Source of the DNA: Bilabrum cf. latius
Lineage: Eukaryota
Reading direction: 5' to 3'
NCBI GenBank assembly: GCA_965178125.1
Contig: OZ237736.1
Span: 1,550,001-1,614,000 of the forward strand
DNA length: 64,000 bases
Shown: one piece after another, positions 38,173 to 49,487 of the stretch
Layout of the letters: the number at the start of each line of letters is the position of its first letter
Position numbering within the stretch: the first letter of the stretch is position 1
Translations under genes and position numbers: made by a program
The notes under the pieces: generated by a model
Databases searched by the model: none
What the model was told of the DNA's origin: nothing
Seen by the model: the letters and a program-made list of their open reading frames with translations, nothing else

Positions 38173-40707
38173 TCACTCCTGCCCTTCCCCCGACAGGTTC
38201 ATGAGGCCCCTTCTTGACCTCCTCTTCTTCTGCGCCGCAGGCGGGGCCACGCTCTCGCCAGTCAGCAGCTGCACTGCCTCGGCCACGTCAGACACCTCGT
38301 AAACGCTGATGCCACCGGGTCCCAGCCGAGGTGCCCGCGAGCCGGCATGCCCCCACTGCTTGCCTCCCCCCTTGCCCCTGCCACCACCTCGCTGCACCTG
38401 CCCCTGCTCCTCCTCGGGCAGCGCCTCTCGCACCACCGCTAGCTCAGCACCGCTCGCACCCTCACCTACGATCTCCCGTGCGATGTCCTGCTCGATCGTC
38501 ACACCCCCGAACTCGCTCTTTCGGCCCCCGCCTACCCCTGCCCCATCCAGTCGCTGCACCTGCCCCGAGGCTCGGCCCCGGCCAGCCCCTGCCCCTGCCC
38601 CAGTCTCCCCGCCGGCAGACCCGCCGTGGCGAGGAGGTCCAGAGGCGGGCACGAGGGCCCACTGGAACCCGAGGGCAGAGGCGGCCCGCAGTCGCGCGTC
38701 CACAGCAGGCACGCGCCGCACCTCGCCCCCCAGCCCCACCTCACCGATGCACGCCACCCCCCCAGGCAGGGGCACGTCCAGCAGACTTGAGGCCACGGCC
38801 GCAGCAGCCGCCAGGTCCGTCGAGGGGTCTCTCAGCCTGAGTCCGCCCACCACGTTGAACAGCACGTCCCCTCTCCTGGGGAACAGGCCGGCGTGCTTGC
38901 CCAGCACCGCGAGCAGCAGGTGCAGCCGGTCGAGGGCCAGCCCGTGGCTCCGGTGCCGAGGGTACTCCCCCGCGGCCTGCGCCACCAGGGCCTGGACCTC
39001 CACCAGCAGGGGGCGGGTGCCCTCCAGCGGGGCCGCGACCGCCACTCCCGAGTTCCGCATGCGCGGCGCCGAGTGGATGGACCGTAGCCGGGGCTTCTTC
39101 GTGGCCCCGTCCTCGGCCTCGTCGTCCTCCGGGGCCGACAGGGACAGGAACAGCTCCGCGGGGTTGTCCACAGGGACGAGGCCCCCGCCCGTCATGGTGA
39201 GGACACCCACTTCGTCGGTCGAGCCGAAGCGGTTCTTGGTCGCACGTAGAAGCCGTGTGCTGGCCCCGCCGCCACCCTCACCGCCCCCACCCCCCATTCC
39301 CATGCCCCCGCCCCCGCTGCCCATCCACGCCGCCTCCCCCTCGAGCTGGATCACGGTGTCCACCAGGTGCTCCAGCACCTTGGGCCCCGCGACCTCGCCG
39401 CTCTTTGTCACGTGCCCCACGAGCAGAACCGGGATGCCTGTGGCCTTCGCAAGCTGCAGCAGTCGCAAGGAACATTCACGAACCTGCGTTACGGACCCGG
39501 GGGAGCTCTCCAGCTGCCTGGAGAACATGGTCTGGATGCTGTCCACTACCAGCACGCTCACTGATGGCCAGTCATTCGAGCCCTTGCCGCCTGTGCTGGT
39601 GGTGCTGCCAGCACCCCCGCCCCCACGCGCCTGTCCTGCCTCCTCCCCGTCGCTCTCTTCCTCCTCGGACTCGCTGCCGCTCTCCTCGCCCCCCTCGCTC
39701 CTTCCTCCCGCCCGCAGCACGCCGAGCACCGCATCCAGCGCGTCCTCCACGCAGGGTTCGTTCATCGCAGACACGCCCGCCAGTGCTGACCGGCCCACCC
39801 CACCGCGCCGGGGCCGATGAACCTCGTCGAAACTGGCCATTCCCGACCCCGTGCCCCCGTCCGCGCCCTGTTTGTCATGGCCACCCCCAAAGTCGTTGTG
39901 GTCGTCGTCATCCCCCAGCACCGCAGACAGCCTCATTGCCTTGTCCCTCACCTGGCCCACGCTCTCCTCGCCAGAGAGATACACGGCCGTGGCCCCGGGT
40001 CTCTTGGCGGCGCACATGATGGCCAGCTGCAGCGCGAGCGTGCTCTTGCCCACTCCCGGGCTGCCCGCCAGCAGGGTGAGCGAGCCCTTGGTGAGGCCGC
40101 CACCCAGCACGCGGTCTAGCTCCGGCTCGCCCGAGGGAAGCCTGCTTTCCTGTGGCGCGCGAGATGTGCCCCCGGAGCTAACACCGGATGCACTGTTCCC
40201 GGCAATGTGCTACCTATGCTCGTTGGCAAGAAGCAGCGGCTCCAACCGGCCTGCTTCAGTCGTGCCAGCCGCTAAGCCCCCAAGGCCGTCGCCGGAGAAG
40301 TTCCAGGATCCTTGGGGTGCATTTCGCGCCTACCCAGATTTGAATGTAGCGGATCGCTTGCCGATCGGGCTAGCGCCGCCCTGCGACCTGACAGAATCTA
40401 GAAAACCTCCCGCCGTGCCGGCCGCTGGTGCTGCGACCTTGAACTCCTTCAGGCTGCCCCACGTCCCACAGGCGCTACACTTTCCGGACCACTACACATG
40501 ATTGGCTCCGCATTCCTCGCAAACAAACTCAACTCTGTCTTTACCGCGTTTTTTGCTGCAGCTGCGGGTGGTTTGGAAGCCGCGCTGCGGCATCCGGGCG
40601 AGCGCGTGCCGTTTTGTGCGGCTTTGCCGATGCACGATCCCAGCAAGCGGTAAAAAGTGCAGACGAAAGGTCTGCACCACGAGCTATGCATGCCTTGAGA
40701 GCTTCAT
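38173..40707 (-). CDS. radA: DNA repair protein RadA/Sms with probable mitochondrial presequence; four in-frame TAGs
   Basis: Zn finger FVCEECGANHV*WSGKCSACGTW, ELDRVLGGG, Walker A GSPGVGKST, VVDSIQT, GHVTKSG..AGPKVLEHLVD, KNRFG and Lon-like C-terminus (GEVGLGGEVR). ATG 40707; ends at TGA. Confidence 0.93.
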
Positions 40708-40877
40708 TGGGTTTGTGTCATTTTCTGGGAGAATACATTTGATTCCGAATATTTTCACAGATGAACACAAACGAACTTTCGCTACTAGCTCCGACCCGTT
40801 CGCGCCATGTGGCGCGGATCTAGTTATAGTGTTGACTAGAGCTCATGGCAAGCTCTGCAGCGCCTTCTGCTCCTAGT

Positions 40878-43800
40878 ATGGCATCACCACCATTTCCACG
40901 GTCATAGTTTGTTTTATCTGCTGTAGCATAGACTCCGGATGCTAGCGCTGGGTACAAGGAAGACTCGCCGCTGGGCTCCGTGCGAAAGCACACTCGCCAC
41001 TAGAAGAACATGCTCTTGGTTAAGAAGAGCTTGGACTTTTTCGAGTAGCATGTACCTTGTTAGCTGCCGGCGGACATGAAACGAGAGGAATATAAGAGCG
41101 TGATGAGTTCCTTGTCGGATGGCAGGTTCTTGCTGGAAGCCACCGAATACACGGCATCGGTCTGCTACACTAGCTTTCGCCCTGGCGCGAAGAAAATCAT
41201 GGAAGGAGACACATTCAATTGGTAAGCACGACTGCTCTTGAAGCTGATTGGTGTTCCTGTGCTCGTTGTGAAGCAGATTAGACAGATGCCGGGCTCCTCT
41301 ACGGCTGCTTCATAAACCAAAAATCTCCGAACGTCTCCGCAGGATGGACACCGTGGCGTGCGACAAGCTGAAAAGTAACGTCAGAACCGTAACTAGTTCA
41401 GACTTTAGAAGGGCGGGCCACGATGGTCTGCACAAGCTCGCCACCTACCTGGAATTTCTCCACAGGTGCGCCGTGGCTCAGTAGGCACCACCGCCGCCCA
41501 AGCCCGTGACGGGCGTGGGCAGCAGCACCAAGAAACCTCGTGCCTCGCGAATCCCAGGAGAAGAGGACACAGGCAGGGCCTCCGCCGCGTGCACGCCCTC
41601 CCACTCCAACTCCCGGGGACCCCCCCTGACGGGAGATGGGTACATGGGCCCCTTGCAGCACCACGGGGGCCCCGCGAGAGCGCCCCGGTCATTGCGCAAG
41701 GCCGGCCCTCCCTCCGCGGGAGCCAGCACTGTGGCCTCGGAGCGGTCGTGCGCCGGCCATCTGAGCTCACAGCGCCTCGCAGGCCGCATGATCCAGATGC
41801 GTGCCAGGGGCACGCCGGGGAGGATGCGGGCGGGGGCTGCGGCGGCCGAGGCGGCGGCACAGGCGCAGCGAGAGCTCGACAATGCTACTCGTCGCGCTGA
41901 GACGCTCGAGGCTGAGATGCGCTGCCTGAAGGGCGACAACGAGTCCCTCAAGCAGCAGATTCAGCGCCAGGTGGACAGCATGGCAGAGCTGAGGGGGCGG
42001 TACGAGGCGCAGTCAGAGGGGCAGGGAGCGCTGCACCAGGACTTCGCCAAGCAGGTGGAGGAGAAGGAGACGGCCCGTCAGGAGGCGAGGCAGAGGGCCC
42101 TCGAGGCGGAGGAACAGGCGGCCAAGCTGGAGACCGAGCTGGAGGACACGAGGCGCAAGCTGCACCGCAACTCGACGCGCAAGGCCGAGGCCGAGGCCGA
42201 GCTGGAGGAGGCCCAGTCGGAGGCGGAGCGGGCGCGGGCCGAGGCCAAGGACGCGCAGGAGGCCCTGAGGGTGCTGGAGACCACCATGGCGGAGGACGCC
42301 GAGAGGAGGTCCAGGAGGGAGGAGGAGGACGCCAAGCAGCTGGCCAGGCTCAGGGCGGGGGCGCAGGCGCAGTCCAAGGCGGCCCGCAGCACGGTGGAGC
42401 GCTGCCGCTCCGCGCACTCTGCGATCAAAGAGGCCGCCCAGGGCATGAGGGAGCTGGCGCAGGTGGTCAGGGCCGAGACGGCCTCTGCCTCCTCGGAGCT
42501 GGGCCGCCTGGGCCAGGCGCTGGCCGAGGCCGTGGGCCGGGCGCAGGAAGGGGCCAGGGAGGCGGACCGGCGGTTCATGCGCGAGTCCAGGGAGCGGCGA
42601 AGGGCCTTCAACCAGCTGCAGGAGCTGAAGGGGAACATCAGGGTGTTCTGCAGAGTGCGGCCCATGCTGCCGCGCGAGCAGGACAAGGGCGAGAGCGCTG
42701 TGGTGGCGACCCCCTCTGACTTCGAGATGGTCGTGGGGGCGGGGGCGGGAGCGGGGGCCGAGGACGGGGAGGAGGCCAAGGAAGGGGGCGCTGCGTCCTC
42801 TGGATCCGGGTCATCTGACCCTGCGGCAGCCACGCCATCCAAGAAGAGGACTCGCCGTCTGGGCGCGGGGGCAAGCGGGGCCGAGGGGCAGCTGCAGAAG
42901 TACGAGTTCGACCGGGTGTTCGGGCCGCAGTCGACGCAGCAGGAGGTGTACGACGAGATCAGCCCCATGGTCATGTCGGCTCTGGACGGCTTCCACGCGT
43001 GCATCTTCGCGTACGGGCAGACGGGCTCGGGCAAGACGTACACGATGCAAGGGGGCCGCGAGGGCGAGGAGCACGGCGTGTACCTCCGTTCCCTGGAGCA
43101 GCTCTTCGACGAGAGGGCCGCGCGCACGGACTCGCACGACTACGAGCTATCCGTGTCCATGGTGGAGATCTACAACGAGACGGTGAGGGACCTGCTGCAC
43201 GCGGAGTCTGCCAGGGCCGCGGCGGCGGTGGCCTCCAACGGGCCGGGGGCGCCGGGGGCGGGGAGCGCCGGTGTGGTGGACATCAAGCAGGGCCCCCACG
43301 GAGTGTACATGCCCGGGTGCACCTCGGTGCCCGTGGGATCCGCCGCTGACGTGGCGCGGGTCATGGCCCGAGGGGAGGCCTCCCGCTCGGTGGGATCGAC
43401 CGACTCGAACGCGCACTCCAGCCGCTCACACATGCTCCTGCTGGTGGACGTGACCGGCACCAGCCGGGTCAACGGTGCCATGTCCAGGGGGCGCCTCGTG
43501 CTCGTGGATCTGGCCGGCTCGGAGCGGGTGCGGAAGAGCGGGGCAGTGGGGCAGCGCATGCTGGAGGCCTAGAACATCAACCGGAGCCTGAGCGCGCTGG
43601 GAGACGTCATCGCAGCCCTGACGCACAAGCAGAAGCACATCCCGTTCCGCAACAGCAAGCTGACCTACCTGCTGCAGGACTCGCTGGGCAAGGACAACAA
43701 GGCCCTCATGATCGTCCAGGTGTCCCCCATTGCGGGGTCACAGGGGGAGACCACTTGCTCCCTCAAGTTCGCTGCCAGGGTGCGCAAGGTGGAGCAGGGC

Positions 43801-46458
43801 AAGGCCAAGAAGCACGGCGACTCCACGGAGACCATGCAGCTCAAGAGGGCCCTCAGGGAGGCCAAAGAGGCGGCCAGGAACGCGCAGCATGACGCGGATG
43901 GGCTCCGCGTGAAGCTGCAGCAGGCCGAGAAGGCCGCCACGGACGCGCAGGCCAGAGCCAAGGAGCACCAGGCCAAGGCAGCCGAGGCGCAGTCGGGCCA
44001 GCGCAGGCGCGCGGCCAAGGCAGAGGCCTCCGGGGAGAAGGAGCTCGTGCAGGCCAAGGAGGCGGCCCAGGCCGCGGCAAGGGCGCAGGCAGCCGCAGAG
44101 AAACGCGCCGCGGAGTCGGACAAGGCCGCGGCCAAGGCGCAGGGCGAGCTCGCGAAGGCCCTCGAGGCCGCCAAGAAGGCGCGCTCCAAGGCCGCGGAGG
44201 ACGCGCGCAAGGCCAAGGAGGGTGCAGCCGCCAAGGCCACCGAGGCGGGGCGGCTTGCTCGCACTCGCGCCAAGGCCGAGGCGGAGCGGCACACTCAGGA
44301 GGCGGCGGGAAGGGCCGAGGCAAAGGCCAGGGCCGCGGCCGCCGCGGAGATCCGTGAGCTGCGCGCGGCGCTGAAAAAGGCCGAGAACGAGGCCGCTGCA
44401 CTGCGCAAGCGGGTCAAGGCGGGAGGGGGCGAGGGCCAGGGCCAGGGCGTCTCGGGGCTGTCCTCCTCGGGCGGGGGCGTGTCCTCGTCCTCGCTGAATT
44501 CCAGCGCCTCGGGGTCGATCTCGGGCGTTGGCGTGGCGGCACGCACTAGGCGCACGCGGCACGCCGCGGGCCCCCCTTCCTCGTCGTCCTCGGGGGCGGG
44601 GGAGCGCGGGAGGAGTAGGCCCGCCAGGGGCCGCGCCGCTCCGGGCCCGTCCGGCAGCAGAGGTTCCGCAGATGCGCGGCGCCGGGTCCGCGACCGCTCG
44701 AACTCCAACTCCACCCCTGGCAGGCAGGCGGGGGCCTCGCCCGGGTCAGGATCCGGTCGCGGCGGGAGGCAGGCAAGCAGGACGCGCGCAGGACGGGCCG
44801 GCAGTGCGGCGTCCAGGTCCTCTGCAGGGAGCAGGACCAGAGCAAGCGCGAGCCAGAGCCGAGCGAGGGGCGTAGCTCGGACGGGTCGCACGGCAGGTGC
44901 TGCCAGCGGCGGCAAGCCCGGCACTAGGGCCGGTGCGTCTGCCAGCCGCAGCCGGGCCAAGGGGGCAGGCCGGGAGAAACGAGGCAACAGGACCGCGTCA
45001 GTGGAGTCGGAGCAAGAAGCGGAGGAGAAGGAGCAAGAGAAGGAAGCGCAGCAGCTGGAATCCGATGCTGGTACAGTTGCGGAGGTCGAGGAGGAAGATC
45101 CTGTTGATGCGAGCGCGCAAGCTGAGGTGCAACCGTCAGATGCAATCAACGACGGGGAAGAGCGTACCAAAGAGGAAGAGGAAGAGGAAGAGGAGGAGGA
45201 GGAGGAGGAGGAGGAGGATGAAAAAGGGGGAGACGCTGACGAAGCCGTTGTCAATGACGCGATTGATGAAGGTGCGGACGACAGCGACGACCTCGAGGGC
45301 ATGAGCATGGGCGGGGGCGGAGGACTGGCAGCCGCCCTCAACGACACCCTTGACATCGCCCGAGCCAAGCAGAGCAAGAAGCAGGACGAAGCAGACGAAG
45401 GCGAGGAGGAGGAGTAGGGTGAAGGTGCTCCCACTGGTGGCAGCATCTTCGGGGAACTGGAGCCTGACGCGGGCTCCCCAATGAAAGCTCCGGCAGCCGA
45501 GGCCGGCAGCGAGCAGCCTCTGCAAGGCGGGGTCGACGGAACCAAAGAAAAAGAGGGCGACGAAGATGACGACGATGACAGCGAGGACGACGATGAGTTT
45601 CGGTCCGCTGCTGACGTGTTCGGGGCAGATGCCCCCGGCACCCCCCAGGCCCAGGAGTCCGAGACCCCAGGGACCCCCGGGGCTGACTGCATGGCCTCAC
45701 CCCACCCTCGTTGGAAGCCGGGGCTCACGGAGGCGACCCCTCGCGCGCTGGCAAAGGCCCCTCAGTACGCCCAGAGGCACGCGGTAGGAGCTTCGCCTGC
45801 GGTGCGAGGCATCCTGAGGGGGGCGGAGGCGGACCAGGACCATGGCGAGGGCGAGGGCGAGGGCGAGGACGCCGCCATGGGCCTGGGAGCCAGCTCTAGC
45901 TCGTTGGGGAGGTCGCTCCGGAGAGGCGGGCCGGTAGCCGGCGCTAGCACGGGGTGCAAGTCCGCGGGGGCCATGGCAGCTGCCCTCGAGGACGAAGAGG
46001 AGGATGGAGATGAGGAGGGAGGAGAGACAGAGGAGCAGGCGGCCAGGCGCAGGCGATACGCCGCCGTGAAGAGCCCGGGCCTGGTGAAGCGTGGCAGGTC
46101 CAGGAGCGCCGGCCTTCAGCTGGGAGGGCGCGAGACGGAGGCAGCGGGGCACGAGGCGGGGCACCCATCGTCTGCCAGTGGCGCCTCGGGGCCTGGGGGG
46201 CGCAGCTGGAGCAAGCCCAGGGTGGGGGCAGGTGCCGCCGGCGGGTCCTCCTCCTCGTCCTCCTCGTCCACGTCAGCGCTGGTAGGCAGCATCCTCAAGG
46301 CGAGCAGCCGGGCGTCCTTCATGCTGTCCAGGTCCTCGAGCGCGCACCAGGCCAGGCGCGGGGCCAGGCGCAGAGAGGCGGGTGGAGCAGCCCGGGTGTC
46401 TGTGATCCAAGCAGGCGGCAAGGGCAAGGCCGGTGCAGGCCGGTCATGGCGGAAATGA
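40878..46458 (+). CDS. Kinesin-14 family motor with N-terminal coiled coil and long C-terminal tail; intron 41222-41342; eight in-frame TAGs
   Basis: Neck [69 protein letters not shown] and [18 protein letters not shown]. Ends at TGA. The 5' exon is inferred from frame and splice signals. Confidence 0.9.
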
Positions 46459-46720
46459 TTGGCAGGCCGACGAGCGGAACGGGGAAGGGGCCGATGAGCG
46501 TGTGAATGATCATATGTGGTGAGATACGAATCCAAAAAGTACTCGACAGCACCAACAAATACATAAAATTCATCCAACGGAGAGCTGGGAGGGTCACGCG
46601 GCTCGGCAGGGCCATGCACGCAGCAGCGCAATTGGTGGGGCCTCATGCCGGCCGCGTGCCCAGCAATCCAGCAAATACCTCGATCGGACGTTCTGTTCCA
46701 CGGAATGCTAGTTGCCTTCT

Positions 46721-48002
46721 TCACAGGAAGATCACGATGGCAGTCACGTTGTCGATGCTACCCCTCGCGTTGTGCAGCGCAAGGGACCGCAGGACGATCT
46801 GCTGGGCGGGGTTGAGCTTCTTCTCCCGGGCAGCGGTCACCAGGTGCACGGCGTCATCCGGGGGCATGACATCCCACACGCCGTCTGAGCCGAGGATTAG
46901 GACCTTGTCGCGGGCCGTCAGCTGGATCTGCGTGATGGTGGGCTCCGAGGAGAGGCCGAAAGGCTTGAGGTCCTTGCCGCCGAATGCCCTCGAGTAGTTG
47001 AGCTGCATGGGCCGGTCCCCCTGCGCCTGCCGGGCCGTGAAATCGCCGCCGCGGATGAAGGGCTTGCCGCCGTGCAGGTAGGTCAGGGACCCACCCTTGC
47101 TCTGGATGCGCTTCAGCTCGGCTGCCTGGTCCGGCTTGTGGTCCACGGTCAGGCGTCGGCCCACGAGGCCCGAGCCGGCCTGCTCGCGGCCGAGCACGAC
47201 GCGAGAATCGCCCAGATGACCGACAGTCAGCAGGTCTCCGGTCACGAAGGCGGTGACGCTTGTGCTCGATGTGTAGTCCAGGCGCTTCTCTCTGGCGTGC
47301 GCCAGCAGCTGCTGATCAGATTCCTTGTATCCGTGCTTCATCGCAGCTTCGAAGAGCTTTACCGCCATAGGGTCCACCCAGCGCTTCGCAGTCTCCGCTG
47401 CTTTGAGAGCATCTGTAAAATGCTTGTTGTTTACCATGTTTTGCACCGCTACGTGGTGCACGAAATCCGAAGCATCATCCCCGACGGTGCCATCGAAAAC
47501 GCCATAAAAGGCAACGTCCGGGCGCCCGCCAACGGAAGGCACGAACGCCATCCTGTCCTCTTGCTTCTTGCGCCTACCGAGTTCAGTCCAAGAGCAGACG
47601 ACCGACTGCAGTGAGAATGGCAATGTTGGCACTTGTAAGGGCGTGGATCAGCACACGGCCAGCGAACATGACGGAAATAGTGAATGCGGCCACACACAGG
47701 AAGGCTTCGAAACCGAAAACTGGCACCCAGTGTGATCTCACTCTACCAAACTTTTCGAGAGGGATCCCTTCCCTGTACACCCTTCCCACTGCTTTCTCGC
47801 TGCTGCGAGCCTTCTAAACAACGTCATACGCGCACGCTTTCGCGCTGACGGCGTCTGAGGAAGCCCCTGTTGCCGCCGCAGAAGACGGGCCCGCACTAGT
47901 ACTATCGGATGTCATTGGGACAGACGCTCCAGCACCAGAGGCCGCGCCCATCGATGGCGTAAGCACGTCGATTCCGCTGGATGGTCCTTTCGTTCCGGAC
48001 AT
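46721..48002 (-). CDS. PP2C/PPM protein phosphatase; one intron (~47606-47741); TAG at 47814
   Basis: GRRKKQEDR, YGVFDG, HLGDSR, LTVDHKP, SRAFG, ILGSDGVWD and DNVT. Ends at TGA. Start MSGTK is inferred. Confidence 0.9.
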
Positions 48003-49195
48003 TGTTCGCCTGCGGGTAAAAAACTCAGCAGAGACTTGCCAGTGATGCTGATAAGTGTATTTTCGCCGAACAGCGTACGCTGTGTCGCTTGTCGGTCTCG
48101 AGGGTACAAGCCGAAAGTGATGAGGCACTCGAACTTTGGCGGTGCCTGCCCGCGCGCTGGTCGCAAATGCTGACGAAGCAGCAGGAGCGAGCCGCGCACT
48201 ACCGCGGACACAACGGCGAGCTAGGACAAACACAATCATACTCGTTATCATGGAAGCTTTGGCAGTTTCAACCATGTTGAAGGCCCACACTGAGAATTCG
48301 AAACACCTCGAAACCGAATCGGAACACACATGTCACTGTCTCTTGATACCAGCTGGAAAGATAGAAGCCCAGGCAGATGTGAAAATCATCACAATTATTA
48401 TGCAAGACACAAGGCCGGTACGGCACAAGAGAGTTTGGCCGTCTCGAATCGCCCGAACCGGAGATGCTCCTTTGATTGCAACACGCAAAAGCCACCCGGA
48501 AATTCCAATGCAAGCCATTTACAAGATCTGAATCCAAGATTTGGTATTAAGAAAACAATTTAATTCAATCTGGCGCATTTTAACCCCCACAGACAGCTAG
48601 CACTAGCATGGAAAACCATGGGGTACAGCGAGAGGGTCCGCACCACAGCCGAATCACAAAAATGCAGCAAGCATTCCGCAATTCAATGCAAAAATCGCTG
48701 CGGACCATCTTCATAAATACCCTCATATTTGAATTAGCCACATCTCTCACCAGTTATTCGTGTGTGTGTGGAGGTTGTAGAGGGAAGGGTCACGGCCGAA
48801 TGTTTGGCGCCGACCGAAGTCCATCATGATGTGACGAGTGCGGTTGGGCCGAGCCGTGCATGCACCGCGAGCTACAGTCCCGGGCATGGTGCCCTCATGG
48901 GCCAAAAGATCGCTACATAGGGACGCTCTCTCGCGAGCTGCATGCCGATGCATGCCCTGATGGGATGGCAGCCTGTCGAACGGTATGTGCGTGTTGCATT
49001 CGTCCGGTAATCGTCCCTGTCAGCAGGTGCGGAATTTCGGGTACGCTGTGTCAGGAGGTGCGAAAGGCGACACAGCACAGCATGCATCCCGGTCTTTATG
49101 ATCATAGTAGTCTGGCACGGCTCAAAAATTCTCTCAAACGGTATCCCGTCCGACCGGCCTGCATCCTCCCGCGCGTTGATTCAGCCCAAGCCCCG

Positions 49196-49486
49196 CTGCT
49201 GCACCCACTGCTGCACCCACTGCTGCACCCACTGGCAAGAGAACTGCTGCACCCACTGCTGCACCCACTGGCAAGAGAACTGCTGCACCCACTGCTGCAC
49301 CCACTGGCAAGAGAACTGCTGCACCCACTGCTGCACCCACTGGCAAGAGAACTGCTGCACCCACTGCTGCACCCACTGCTGCACCCACTGGCAAGAGAAC
49401 TGCTGCACCCACTGCTGCACCCACTGGCAAGAGAACTGCTGCACCCACTGCTGCACCCACTGGCAAGAGAACTGCTGCACCCACTG
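49196..49486. repeat. Minisatellite of two 12-bp units (A=ctgctgcaccca, B=ctggcaagagaa), mostly in AAB 36-bp order
   Basis: Perfect copies arranged AAAB AAB AAB AAB AAAB AAB AAB A, immediately downstream of the TAA of the GH130-like gene. Confidence 0.95.
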
Positions 49487-49487
49487 A

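Noticed and set aside
34155-40707. Bacterial contamination suggested by radA and GH92
   Set aside because: Both flank intron-containing ISY1, use the host TAG code and carry eukaryotic targeting peptides.
3730-43572. Pyrrolysine, Leu or Glu as the meaning of TAG
   Set aside because: Informative sites match Gln. TAGs are scattered through non-catalytic positions and no pyl genes are seen.
48003-49130. Possible gene or RNA in the longest unexplained gap
   Set aside because: No recognisable protein, tRNA or splice pattern by eye. An Rfam/tRNAscan search would be needed.
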